A model generated the notes under the pieces. The model did not search any database and had not been told where the DNA came from. It worked only from the letters and a program-made list of their open reading frames with translations. Shown here piece by piece: positions 1 to 9,351 of a DNA stretch of 37,314 nt (its first letter is position 1; each line of letters begins with the position of its first letter). The stretch is taken from positions 1-37,314 of the forward strand of contig JAYVCO010000327.1 in the NCBI GenBank assembly GCA_043749935.1, read 5' to 3'. This DNA is from Planctomycetia bacterium. GTDB taxonomy: Bacteria; Planctomycetota; Planctomycetia; Pirellulales; PALSA-1355. Both the position numbers and the translations under genes were made by a program.

Positions 1-1
1 G

Positions 2-238
2 GCTTTGCGGATGGTCCCCGACGTGATCTTCTTTTTAACCGACGCCGACGAGCCGCGTTTGACCGCCAAGCAGTTGGCCCACATCGTCCACGTGAACAAG
101 GGCACGTCGGTTCACGCCATCGAGTTTGGTTTCGGTCCTCAATACGATTCTGACAATTTCCTGGTCAAGCTAGCCCGCCAGAACGGCGGCAAGCACGTCT
201 ATGTCGACGTATCGCGGCTGCCCGCGCCGCGCCGGTAG
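2..238 (+). CDS. C-terminal fragment of a vWA-like domain protein (5' end lies outside the window)
   Basis: The frame is open from the window edge. VIFFLTDADEP...HAIEFGFG...LARQNGGKHVYV resembles the end of a von Willebrand A fold. The stop at 236-238 lies 2 nt before the next start. Confidence 0.5.
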   Translation, partial: ALRMVPDVIFFLTDADEPRLTAKQLAHIVHVNKGTSVHAIEFGFGPQYDSDNFLVKLARQNGGKHVYVDVSRLPAPRR

Positions 239-240
239 TT

Positions 241-2811
241 ATGAACACACCCGGGAAGTCGACGACCTGGCTAACGAGTGTAGCAATTGCGTTGCTGGTC
301 GTGTTGCCAACCGCCGCTCCATTGCTAGCCGCATCAGCCGCTTCCAAAGACCTGCAATTGCTGCAAGGTTTGCGCGATCGACGGCAATACGAACAGGCGG
401 AAAAATACTGCGCCGAGCAATTGCGAGACGCACGGCTCTCTGACGCGCGCCGCCTGGAGCTGACGCTCGAATTATCGCGCACCCTGGCACAACACGCCGT
501 TGATTCGCCTGCCGCGGAGCAAGGTGCGTTGTGGAAACGATCGCGAGACGTGCTCGTCGAATTCGAAGCGGCCAATGCGCGCCATCCCCGGCTTGTGCTC
601 CTTCGCGTGCAAAGTGGGCTCACGGCGGTTGCGCAGGGAGAGTCTGCCCGCGAAAACGCGGAACTTGCCGGCGACGCGGGGAAACGCACCGATGAGGCTC
701 GCGCGCTCCTTCGCGGCGCGATCACGCAGCTTCGCAAACTGGACGAATCCTTGGGCGCCGAGATTCAGCTTCGCGGCCGTACACCGCGTGTCGCCGAGCC
801 CGACCAGCTTTCCACGGCCGAGTTGAATTCGTTGCGATCGCACGTGCGGTATCAACTGGCGCGCGCACTGCGCAATCAATCGCTCTGCTTTGCGGCCGGC
901 AGCGCCGATCGCACCAATGCCCTGATGCAAGCCGTGGAGTTGCTTTCCGAACTTGCGCGCCAGGATTTCGAGTCGCCGCTGGCCTGGTCTAGCCGACTGG
1001 ATGAGATTACTTGTCTGCGACTGCTCGAGCGTTATGCCGTCGCGGAAAAGAAGCTCGCGGAGTTGGAAAAGGCTGCTTCGCCAGCGCAAACGGTCGGGAA
1101 GTTGCGGGCCGAGCGGATTCGGCTGGCGCTGGCCCGCGGGCAAATCGACGAAGCCCTGTCCGAGGCCGGCCCCAATAGCATGCGAGGCGAAGCCGCCGGG
1201 CCGGACGCCAGTTATGCTCAACTCGAGGCCTATCTTCGCGGGTGGCAACGGGCCCGCGAGTCGCACGCCACTTCAGAGGCCGCCGAATGGGAAAAAACCG
1301 CCATCGATCAGGTGCGCCGGATCGAACGAAACTATGGGCCGCTTTGGATGCGCAAGGCCGAAACGCTGTTGGCCCGGTCGGTCCTCAAAAGCGCCGGCTC
1401 TGAAAGCCCCGAGGCCTTGGTCCGCGTCGCCCAAAGCTTGTATCGCAGCGGGCAAGCCGATGAGGCGTTAATGATCTACGATCAGGCCGAGAAGCGGGCT
1501 CGCGACAAAGTCGACAAAACACAGGCGTTCGACATTGCCTACACGGCGGCAACGATCGAAAAAGACCAACAGCACTTTCGCTCCGCGATCGATCGCTATC
1601 GCAAGCTCTCGATCGCCAATCGGGGCGAGGACCGCTCGGGCGAAGCACATCTATTGGCCGTGCATTGTGCCGCACAACTGGCGCAGCAAGGCAAACCTCC
1701 GAAACTGGAGGAATACGAAAAATTGCTGCGAGAGCACATTGCCACGTGGCCCAAGGATCCCACCGTTTCGCAAGCCTGGTGGTGGCTGGGCCGGCTGAAG
1801 GAGCATCAAGGCGCCTGGCAGGAAGCCGCCCGCGCGCTGCGCAACGTTCAGCTCGACCATCCGCAATACGTGGCGGCCATCGAAGCCAGCGGCCGCTGTT
1901 CCGAAGTCATGCTTGAGCAACTTCGAAAGGCTGGCAACGCCAACGTGCCGCTGGCTCGCGACACGATTCGCTTTTTCGAGCAAATAATCGGTCCGCGCGC
2001 GCAACAGGTTAAGCCTTGGAGCCCAGCCGCCCGGGCAGCGGGCACGGCGGCCGCGACCATCTGGCTCAAGGAAGTTCCGGGGGGAGCCGCGCAGGCAGAG
2101 GATATTTTGAAGTCAGCGCTCGGGGGTGCAGGCGATGCCTCGCCCGAGTGGAAGGTCAACGCACGCCGGCTGTTGGTCTGCGCCGTGGCCGCGCAAGGCC
2201 GAACCGCTGACGCCGAGCAATTGCTCGAGCAGACTCCGATCGGCACCGCCGCCGAGTCACTCGCAATGATCGAAATGTTGGCCGAACTCGTGGATGGCGC
2301 ATTGCCGGATCGCAAACCGAAATTGGCACCTTTGGCTCTGACCGCCACGGATGATCTGCTTGCGCGGCGCGACGAGCTCGATGCGGCCACAATTCAAAAA
2401 CTATCGCGAGTGCAGGCGTCGATGCTCCTGGCAGCTGGCCGGCCGCAGGACGCGATCGAAACCTACAAGGCTCTGGCCAAGGCGAATCCTCGTGATGGCC
2501 AGGTGCAGGAAGACGTGGCCGCGGCGCTTTCGGCCATGGGCGATCCGGCCGGCTTGCAAGCGGCGCTGGTCGCATGGCGCGAGGTGGTTGGCAAGAGCCG
2601 CCCAGGTTCGCCGCGCTGGTTTCGCGCGAATTACTCCTTGGCTCTCACGCAGTTGACGTTAGGCGACCGGGGCGAGGCCCGCGCGACGATCTCCCGCTTG
2701 GAATCGAGCCACCCGGAACTGGGCGGGGCGGAAATGAAAGCCCGCTTCGTGCAACTGGCCGCCGAGTGCGAGTTGCCTCCCCCGGCACGTCGCGGCACGC
2801 AGAAGAAATGA
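241..2811 (+). CDS. Large secreted or membrane-anchored TPR-like helical-repeat protein
   Basis: 856-aa ORF with an ATG start and an N-terminal hydrophobic signal/anchor (TWLTSVAIALLVVLPTAAPLLAASAA). It is rich in Ala/Leu/Arg/Glu and has TPR-like stretches (ALMIYDQAEKRARD, QDAIETYKALAKANPRDGQ). It is tightly coupled to the upstream vWA-like gene. Confidence 0.75.
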   Translation: MNTPGKSTTWLTSVAIALLVVLPTAAPLLAASAASKDLQLLQGLRDRRQYEQAEKYCAEQLRDARLSDARRLELTLELSRTLAQHAVDSPAAEQGALWKRSRDVLVEFEAANARHPRLVLLRVQSGLTAVAQGESARENAELAGDAGKRTDEARALLRGAITQLRKLDESLGAEIQLRGRTPRVAEPDQLSTAELNSLRSHVRYQLARALRNQSLCFAAGSADRTNALMQAVELLSELARQDFESPLAWSSRLDEITCLRLLERYAVAEKKLAELEKAASPAQTVGKLRAERIRLALARGQIDEALSEAGPNSMRGEAAGPDASYAQLEAYLRGWQRARESHATSEAAEWEKTAIDQVRRIERNYGPLWMRKAETLLARSVLKSAGSESPEALVRVAQSLYRSGQADEALMIYDQAEKRARDKVDKTQAFDIAYTAATIEKDQQHFRSAIDRYRKLSIANRGEDRSGEAHLLAVHCAAQLAQQGKPPKLEEYEKLLREHIATWPKDPTVSQAWWWLGRLKEHQGAWQEAARALRNVQLDHPQYVAAIEASGRCSEVMLEQLRKAGNANVPLARDTIRFFEQIIGPRAQQVKPWSPAARAAGTAAATIWLKEVPGGAAQAEDILKSALGGAGDASPEWKVNARRLLVCAVAAQGRTADAEQLLEQTPIGTAAESLAMIEMLAELVDGALPDRKPKLAPLALTATDDLLARRDELDAATIQKLSRVQASMLLAAGRPQDAIETYKALAKANPRDGQVQEDVAAALSAMGDPAGLQAALVAWREVVGKSRPGSPRWFRANYSLALTQLTLGDRGEARATISRLESSHPELGGAEMKARFVQLAAECELPPPARRGTQKK

Positions 2812-2831
2812 GCGGCTGCTTGCGACGCAGT

Positions 2832-2872
2832 AAAAAAAGAGCGGCTCTCGCACCGCTGTGCGCAAGAGCCGC
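2832..2872 (-). terminator. Rho-independent terminator for the minus-strand gene 2918..3286
   Basis: An 8-bp GC-rich stem pairs gcggctct (2841-2848) with agagccgc (2865-2872). On the minus strand it is followed by a T7 run, the complement of a32-a38. It sits between convergent genes. Confidence 0.6.
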
Positions 2873-2917
2873 CCCCGGGGATAGACTTTTACGTTGCCGA
2901 GTTCGCAAACGATCCGC

Positions 2918-3286
2918 TTACCAAGGTCCGCGGATGTAGTACGTGCCGAACTGCCGGGTGTCGTTGGGCCATTGCGGCGCCGCCAGGAAACCGTACGGCG
3001 TCCAATATCCGTTCGGCCACGGACGTTGAAACTGATGGTCGATGCGCGTCATCCGCGAAGCCGGCACGCCCCAACCATAATCGGTTTGCAATTCGGCCGT
3101 GGGCGGCACGACCAGCGCCAAAGGCTGACCGTATTGCACGTTGTAGTATCGACCGTGCCAGGGGCGCATGCTGGCGCGCCAACGGGCACTCTTGCCGTGT
3201 AGCGTCTCATCGAGCGCGTACGCGCGGCTAGCCGAAGCCAAGGCCCCGACCGCCAAGACGGCGATTGCCAAAGATCGGAATTTCAT
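2918..3286 (-). CDS. Small secreted Tyr/Trp/Pro-rich hypothetical protein
   Basis: The start was moved to the internal ATG that gives MKFRSLAIAVLAVGALASASRAYA, a classic signal peptide with an AxA site. The mature part is rich in aromatic residues and proline. A terminator lies downstream. Confidence 0.65.
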   Translation of the reverse strand: MKFRSLAIAVLAVGALASASRAYALDETLHGKSARWRASMRPWHGRYYNVQYGQPLALVVPPTAELQTDYGWGVPASRMTRIDHQFQRPWPNGYWTPYGFLAAPQWPNDTRQFGTYYIRGPW

Positions 3287-3393
3287 GCGTGGGAATCCTT
3301 GTGTGCGGACATGGGCGCGCTCGGGGCGGCAAATCAGGTGGGACACCGCTCGGGCCCGAGCTCCCTTCGAAACCGTCAGGTGGGAACAAAATC

Positions 3394-3702
3394 TCAGTGA
3401 TAACGCACGCGAGCCACGGTGTAGCCACCATTACGGTAGTACTTGTAGTACGCCCGGTGATGGTGATAGAGGAACTCGTGCGGCATCAAGGGTGGGTAGG
3501 TAATGTAGGTGTGGCCTACCAAGGGCGGAGTGGGACGCGGGGAGATGTATAGTTGGGCTGGCACGCCGCCCGCCAGGGAGGGGCCGTTGTAGAAGTTGTA
3601 GAGGATGTCAGGGTGATCGGCTTTGGCCGTCGAGCTGAGCAGGCTGGCGGAGCAGCCGATCGCCAGACAAGCGAGCGTCGCGCGGAGTATCGTGCGGACC
3701 AT
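3394..3702 (-). CDS. Small secreted Tyr/Pro/His-rich hypothetical protein
   Basis: The internal ATG gives MVRTILRATLACLAIGCSASLLSSTAKA, a signal peptide. The mature part is Y/P/H-rich (YITYPPLMPHEFLYHHHRAYYKYY). It lies in tandem with 2918..3286. Confidence 0.6.
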   Translation of the reverse strand: MVRTILRATLACLAIGCSASLLSSTAKADHPDILYNFYNGPSLAGGVPAQLYISPRPTPPLVGHTYITYPPLMPHEFLYHHHRAYYKYYRNGGYTVARVRYH

Positions 3703-4095
3703 GCGGTGGTTCCTCCTTGCGGAAATAAATGGGGGGTTCGCCCAGGCGCTCGGCCAGCCCAAGGGGAAACCCTTACTGTCCGGGGGGCGAGGGAATCATG
3801 GCGTGTTGTTTTGCGGTGGGACGACCAGGTTCGGGCGAACCGTCGACCCTAGACTCAATCTCGTCCAGGTACGGCCGAAGGGGTGAGCGATTGTCTGCCG
3901 GATATCGCAATTGGGCCTGTTTTGCCGCGTGTGCGGGGCGATTGCGGCTGGCCTGAGGGCTTATAATCGTTATACTCGGCACAAACGGATTTCTTGTCGG
4001 TCCACAGCCAGCCACGCGCCGGAGGCGCCTTTCAACGGGCCACCCTCGACTGCCCGCTGGCCCCCGCAAACTTTACCAGGGTTCACTATTTATAG

Positions 4096-6201
4096 ATGGC
4101 CAAAAGAACTAGCAAACGCGGTAAGCCAAACGTGAAAGTCGCCGACGTCGACGAATCGCTCGATGAAACGGCCGCCGAGGAAGTCGCTGCCGAAGCCGAG
4201 CCCCAAAACGGCCAGGCCCACGGAAAGCGCCGTCGCGCCACGGCCCAGTCGATGGCCGCTAGCCAGCGCGATATTTCGGTCAGCGAGTTTTTCGCCAAGA
4301 ACCGGCACCTGCTCGGCTTCGACAATCCGCGCAAGGCCCTGCTGACCACGATCAAGGAAGCCGTCGACAATTCGCTCGACGCCTGCGAAGAGGCCGGCAT
4401 CCTGCCTGAGATTTGGGTTCACATCGAATCGACCGGGACCAATCGCTTCAAAGTCGGCGTGCAAGACAATGGCCCGGGCATTCTCAAAAAACAAATCCCG
4501 CTGATTTTCGGCAAGCTGTTGTACGGCTCGAAGTTTCATCGCCTGCGGATGAGCCGCGGACAGCAGGGCATCGGCATTAGCGCGGCCGGCATGTACGGCG
4601 TGCTCACCACCGGCAAGCCGGTGAAAATCGTTTCCAAGATTTCGCCGCGCAAGCCGGCCCACTATTACGAAATCAAAATCGACACCAAGAAGAACTTGCC
4701 AGAGATCCTCAATGGCGGCGGCGATGGTGTTGATATTCCGCCGAACGACGCCGGCACCAAGTACATCGAGAAGCATGGCATCGAATGGGTCGCCATCGAT
4801 CACGGCACGCGCGTGACGATCGAGCTCGAGGGCCGCTTCATTCGCGGCCGTGGCAGCGTCGACGAATATCTGGAACAAACCGCGATCGCCAACCCGCATG
4901 TCACGATCCACTATCTCGATCCCGAAAGTGTGCCCGGCGAGGACGAAAGACTTTATACGCGTTCCACCAACAAGCTGCCGCCCGAGCCAAAAGAGATCAA
5001 ACCGCACCCTTACGGCATCGAGTTGGGCATGTTGGTCGCGATGCTGCAAGACGCGAAGTCGATGACCTTGTCGCAATTTCTGACCACATCGTTCAGCAAG
5101 GTCAGCTCGAGCGTAGCCAGCAGAATCTGCGAGACGGCCAAGGTGAGCACTCGGGCGAACACCAGCAAGATCGGCCGCGACGAAGCCGACAAGCTGTACC
5201 ACGCGATCATGCAAACCAAAATTGGTCCGCCCGCGACCGATTGCATTTCGCCCATCGGCGAGGAACTGTTGCTCAAGGGTTTGCACCACGTCGTGCCGGG
5301 TGAGTTCTATATCGCCAGCACCCGGCCGCCGGCCGTCTATCGTGGCAATCCGTTTCAAATCGAAGTCGCGCTCGCCTATGGCGGAATGTCGAGTGCCAAT
5401 CGAGTGCCGCTCGACGTGCTTTCTGAACTGCTGGCCGAAAGCGACGCGCGCACGCTGCGGCAGTTCTTGAGCAACACGTTTTACGGCCTGGGCAGCGAAG
5501 CGGCCGACAAGATCATCAAGGAAGCCGCGATTGGCCCTCGCACTTCGCCGGGCAAGCTCAAGCCGGCTCAAATTGCCAAACTGCACGGAGCGATGGCCAG
5601 TGTCAACTTGGAATCCGGCCAGACGATGAATGTGCTGCGATATGCCAATCGCGTGCCGCTCCAGTTTCAACCCAGCGCGTGCGCGATCACGCAAATGGTG
5701 ATGGGAACCAACTGGCGCGCCTACGGGCTGACTCAATCGCGCGGCCAACTGCCGACCGGCCCAGTGACGATCATGGTCCACATGGCCAGCGTCTGGGTCC
5801 CCTTCACCAGCGAATCGAAAGAGGCCATCGCCAGCTATCCCGAAATCCAAAAAGAGCTGCGCCTGGGATTGCAATCCGTGGGGCGCAAATTGGGCATGTA
5901 CATGCGCCGCCGGTTGAAGGTGAAACAAGAAGGTGAGCGGCGCAATATTTTCCTGCGATACCTGGGGGAAGTGGCCGGCGCGGTAAGCGAAATCAACCAG
6001 GCCGATCGCAAGAAACTATATGAGCAACTGCTGCTGGTCGCTAAGCGCAAGACGGCTACGGCCGATATGAAACTCGACGAGCGCGGAAAGGTGTTGCAAG
6101 AAGAGCCCGAAGACTTTGGCGACAATGTGTTGATCGTCGAACAGAAATCCGATTTTGTAATTCGCAACATGGAAGCAAAGAATGGCCAAAAAGGCTCGTA
6201 A
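4096..6201 (+). CDS. top6B: DNA topoisomerase VI subunit B (GHKL/Bergerat ATPase)
   Basis: Motifs seen: ISVSEFFAKNRHLLGFD, N-box EAVDNSLDA, G1 box DNGPGI and G2 box GQQGIGIS. The transducer-like C-terminal half contains YANRVPL. The product is 701 aa with a Lys/Glu-rich N-terminal tail. Confidence 0.9.
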   Translation: MAKRTSKRGKPNVKVADVDESLDETAAEEVAAEAEPQNGQAHGKRRRATAQSMAASQRDISVSEFFAKNRHLLGFDNPRKALLTTIKEAVDNSLDACEEAGILPEIWVHIESTGTNRFKVGVQDNGPGILKKQIPLIFGKLLYGSKFHRLRMSRGQQGIGISAAGMYGVLTTGKPVKIVSKISPRKPAHYYEIKIDTKKNLPEILNGGGDGVDIPPNDAGTKYIEKHGIEWVAIDHGTRVTIELEGRFIRGRGSVDEYLEQTAIANPHVTIHYLDPESVPGEDERLYTRSTNKLPPEPKEIKPHPYGIELGMLVAMLQDAKSMTLSQFLTTSFSKVSSSVASRICETAKVSTRANTSKIGRDEADKLYHAIMQTKIGPPATDCISPIGEELLLKGLHHVVPGEFYIASTRPPAVYRGNPFQIEVALAYGGMSSANRVPLDVLSELLAESDARTLRQFLSNTFYGLGSEAADKIIKEAAIGPRTSPGKLKPAQIAKLHGAMASVNLESGQTMNVLRYANRVPLQFQPSACAITQMVMGTNWRAYGLTQSRGQLPTGPVTIMVHMASVWVPFTSESKEAIASYPEIQKELRLGLQSVGRKLGMYMRRRLKVKQEGERRNIFLRYLGEVAGAVSEINQADRKKLYEQLLLVAKRKTATADMKLDERGKVLQEEPEDFGDNVLIVEQKSDFVIRNMEAKNGQKGS

Positions 6202-7342
6202 ACCTGCCACCGCCGCCAACGGCAGCGCCAAGCCCAAGGCCGTGCTGACCGATCGCGATAAGAAAACGCTCAAAGACCTGCTCGGCTTGGCAGATCGTAT
6301 CGTCGACGACGCCGAGAAGAAGCGCGATCCGTATATTGACATTCCCACGCGTGCACTGTCGAACGTGCGCTACAACAAGAGCAAGCGGCGGATCGAGATG
6401 GGCTCGAACAAGAACCGCCGTCAGTTGTTCAACCTCTCGCAAGCCAAGAGCTATATGCAAACCGTGCTCGTGGCCAGCGGCTGCAAGCAACTGATCGAGC
6501 AAGGCAAGACCACCAGCATCCGAGGTCTCTATTATTTGCTCAAGCACACGATCGAGGGCACGCGCGAAGAAACGTTCGACGATCAGGCCGAGTGTGACCC
6601 CGTGATCGAAGACGTGGAAGTCGGTCTGAACAGCCTGCGCGAAGAGTTGCACGTCTACGCGTCGAATCGCGGCAACCTGGTCGGTCCGTTGACGCTAATC
6701 GACAGCGGTGACGAAATCGATTGTGCCCGCATGGGCTCGGCCGGCTACAGCATTCCCTCGATCGTCGAGCGCGACGTGATCGAGATCAAGAAGTGTACGG
6801 CCAAATTCATCTTGCACGTCGAAAAAGACACGGTCTGGCGCCGTTTCAGCGAGGACAAGTTCTGGCTCAAGCACAACTGCATTCTCACGCACGGCGGCGG
6901 GCAGCCCCCGCGCGGTGTGCGGCGCATGCTTAATCGACTGCACAATGAGCAGAAGCTGCCCGTGTATTGCCTGCTTGATAACGACCCGTGGGGATACTAC
7001 ATCTACAGCGTGCTCAAGCAGGGTTCGATCAACCTGGCCTACGAGTCGGAACGCATGGCCATCCCCGACGCCAAGTTTCTCGGCCTCCGCTCGCGCGATT
7101 ACGAGGCCTGCGGTCTCTCGCCCAGCGTGAAGATCAATCTCAACGAGCAAGACATCAAGCGCGCCAAGCAGATCGCCAGCTATCCCTGGTTTGAGCACAA
7201 GAAAGCCTGGCAAAAAGAAATCGAGCAAATGCTTTCCAACGGCTTCAAGCTAGAAGTCGAAGCCCTGATCTCCAAAGACATCAGCTACGTGACCGAAGAG
7301 TACACGCCGGCGCGGCTGGCGGATGGGGATTGGTTGGATTAG
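6182..7342 (+). CDS. top6A: DNA topoisomerase VI subunit A (Spo11 family)
   Basis: The catalytic-Tyr context is SIRGLYYLLKH. Toprim motifs are HVEKDTVW (Glu) and LLDNDPWGYYI (DxD), plus GQPPRGVRRML. It overlaps the end of top6B by 20 nt, which suggests translational coupling. Confidence 0.9.
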   Translation: MAKKARKPATAANGSAKPKAVLTDRDKKTLKDLLGLADRIVDDAEKKRDPYIDIPTRALSNVRYNKSKRRIEMGSNKNRRQLFNLSQAKSYMQTVLVASGCKQLIEQGKTTSIRGLYYLLKHTIEGTREETFDDQAECDPVIEDVEVGLNSLREELHVYASNRGNLVGPLTLIDSGDEIDCARMGSAGYSIPSIVERDVIEIKKCTAKFILHVEKDTVWRRFSEDKFWLKHNCILTHGGGQPPRGVRRMLNRLHNEQKLPVYCLLDNDPWGYYIYSVLKQGSINLAYESERMAIPDAKFLGLRSRDYEACGLSPSVKINLNEQDIKRAKQIASYPWFEHKKAWQKEIEQMLSNGFKLEVEALISKDISYVTEEYTPARLADGDWLD

Positions 7343-7377
7343 AGACGCAGCGCACTTCCAAGCAACGTAGCTGGTGC

Positions 7378-7607
7378 AATGTGGGCCAACGGCCCAACTT
7401 GTAAATAGCCCGGGGCGAAGCCTTGCGCAGCCCCGGGAAGAGGTTGAAACGACGACCATTCAAGCCCTGAGGGGGCGCCCGATCTTGGCACACCACTGGA
7501 GAAAGCTCGCCTCGATGGGGCTTGAATACAAGGGTGACCGAGGTGGCGCGTCTCGATACTTGAGTCGATTGGCCCAGGCTCCTACAGATGGGCCGTTGGC
7601 CCACATT
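7378..7607. mobile_element. MITE-like or structured intergenic element with 19-bp perfect terminal inverted repeats
   Basis: aatgtgggccaacggccca (7378-7396) is the exact reverse complement of tgggccgttggcccacatt (7589-7607). TGC flanks both ends. Internal inverted repeats are cccggggc/gccccggg (7409-7416/7430-7437) and attcaagccc/gggcttgaat (7458-7467/7518-7527). Confidence 0.45.
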
Positions 7608-7680
7608 TGCGACACTCTGCCTCGACGGCGCAATCTTGCGATTCGCGAGATGAATTCTCGGACAGCCTCATCTCCCGAAG

Positions 7681-8673
7681 CTACGGCTTAAGCACGATCT
7701 TCCCGCTCAACGTCCCGGCCTTGTGCAGGGTGTTGTCTTCTTGCAGCTTGTGGGCGGCGGCGGCGGCGGAGAGGGGCAGAACGCGGTCGATGTTGGCTTT
7801 GAGTTTGCCTTTGGTGAGCCAGCCATTGATGTCGTTGGCGGCGGCTCGCTGTGCCTCGGGCGACGCGTTGAACATGGCGAAGCCGAACAGCGAGCAACCT
7901 TTGACATAAAACGGCCCGACCGGAAAGATGGGCCTGGCTTGTCGACCGGCCATCACGATCATTCGTCCCCGCGCGGACAACAGCGGCACGGCGCGCTCGA
8001 AGTTCGGCTCGCTCAACGTTTCGTACCAGACGTTGACGCCCGTCGGAGCGTACTCTTTGATTCGCGCATCGACGTCTTCGGTCTTGTAGTTGATCAGCTG
8101 CTCGGCGCCGAGCTGGCGACACAAGGCGACTTTTTCCGCGCTGCCGGCCGTAGTGATCACGCGGGCGCCGATGGCCGCGGCCATTTGCACGACGGCCGAA
8201 CCCACGCCGCCGCTGCCGCCGTTGACGAACACGATTTCGCCCGGCTGAAGTTTTGCCGCGCTGACCAGCCCCAGATGCGCCGTGATGCCCACTAGCGAAA
8301 GCGCCGCGACCGTTTCGCTCTCGATGCCCGCGGGTGTGGGGTACAACCACTGCTCGTCGACGGCGGCATACTCGGCAAACGTTCCCTGGCGACCCAGCAA
8401 CCCCTGGTTCGAGCCCCAAACGCGATCGCCGGGCCGAAACTGCGTGACCTTCGGACCCACGGCCTCGACCACTCCGGCCAGGTCACAGCCGACGATGTAC
8501 GGAATGGGCAACGCCATGGCCACCGTTCCACTGCGCACGTATGTGTCGATCGGATTGACGTCCACCGCCTCGACTTTCACCAGCACTTCGCTGCCGGTCG
8601 GCTTTGGCGTGGGGAGATCGCCGAAAAGAATGTTCTCCGGCGTGCCCGTTTGTTTGATGTACGCGGCTTTCAT
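7681..8673 (-). CDS. NADPH:quinone oxidoreductase-like MDR (zeta-crystallin) family protein
   Basis: 330 aa with a medium-chain dehydrogenase fold. The nucleotide-binding motif is VNGGSGGVGSAVVQMA. The N-terminus (MKAAYIKQTG...GEVLVKVEAVDVNPID) and C-terminal GKIVLKP are typical of quinone reductases. Confidence 0.85.
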   Translation of the reverse strand: MKAAYIKQTGTPENILFGDLPTPKPTGSEVLVKVEAVDVNPIDTYVRSGTVAMALPIPYIVGCDLAGVVEAVGPKVTQFRPGDRVWGSNQGLLGRQGTFAEYAAVDEQWLYPTPAGIESETVAALSLVGITAHLGLVSAAKLQPGEIVFVNGGSGGVGSAVVQMAAAIGARVITTAGSAEKVALCRQLGAEQLINYKTEDVDARIKEYAPTGVNVWYETLSEPNFERAVPLLSARGRMIVMAGRQARPIFPVGPFYVKGCSLFGFAMFNASPEAQRAAANDINGWLTKGKLKANIDRVLPLSAAAAAHKLQEDNTLHKAGTLSGKIVLKP

Positions 8674-8708
8674 TTATGTGCAACCTTGGAACCATCGAAG
8701 AAACGCAA

Positions 8709-9263
8709 TCAACCGACCCGCGAGCGGGTCTTTCCTGGTCCATTCTCTTTCAGTGGAACGAGCGCGACGGCCGCCGCCGCCACGAGCGCCAGCACTCCCA
8801 GGCCCAGCACGATGCGAACTCCCCAGACCAGCGAATCTCGTTTTTCCACATACTTTTGGATCGTCGTTTCGCCGGGAGGGACGAAGGCTATTCCTTTCTT
8901 GAGCTCTTGGTACGAAGCAAAAACCTCGCCGGTCGAACCGTTCTCGAAGGCTTCGCTGATCTCTTGATCGGTGGCGGGCGTCGCCGCGGGCGGCAGGCTC
9001 AGAGCCAGGTATCCGCCAGTCGCAAACGCAACGACCGCCAGCACAACGAACACGAACGTGGCACGATGTCGATTGTTCCAGGAGTGCGCTGGGCGGACGG
9101 AAGAGTCGCCCTGCGCCAGGTCGCCCCGAACCAAATCGCGCAGTCCGCGGAGCGTGGGCACTTCCAACTGCACTCCGCACGAGCAGCGCACCGATTGCCC
9201 CGCCTGGCTGGCCGTCACCGGAATTTTTTCCCCGCAAGCACAAGGCAAGAGATAGTTGGACAT
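8709..9263 (-). CDS. Membrane protein with an N-terminal Cys-rich zinc-ribbon-like motif and two TM helices
   Basis: The start was moved to the ATG at 9263 (MSNYLLPCACGEKIPV...VRCSCGVQLEVP), because the longer ORF would overlap the SDR gene. The TM helices are ATFVFVVLAVVAFATGGYLALSL and IVLGLGVLALVAAAAVALV. Confidence 0.6.
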   Translation of the reverse strand: MSNYLLPCACGEKIPVTASQAGQSVRCSCGVQLEVPTLRGLRDLVRGDLAQGDSSVRPAHSWNNRHRATFVFVVLAVVAFATGGYLALSLPPAATPATDQEISEAFENGSTGEVFASYQELKKGIAFVPPGETTIQKYVEKRDSLVWGVRIVLGLGVLALVAAAAVALVPLKENGPGKTRSRVG

Positions 9264-9351
9264 AAGGATCTTTTCGAGTCGAAGAATCGGCCGGAGTGTT
9301 ACGAGTCGTGTGTGGCCAGGTCGGAGCAGACGGCAGGCGGCCGCGAGCGAG

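Noticed and set aside
4090-5928. 612-aa minus-strand ORF
   Set aside because: It is entirely antisense to the well-supported top6B gene. It is rich in Arg/Ala/Gly, as expected for a shadow ORF in GC-rich DNA, and has no recognisable motifs.
7281-7691. Track ORFs 7281..7604 (minus strand) and 7374..7691 (plus strand)
   Set aside because: They span the inverted-repeat-rich intergenic element between convergent genes and have no coding signal.
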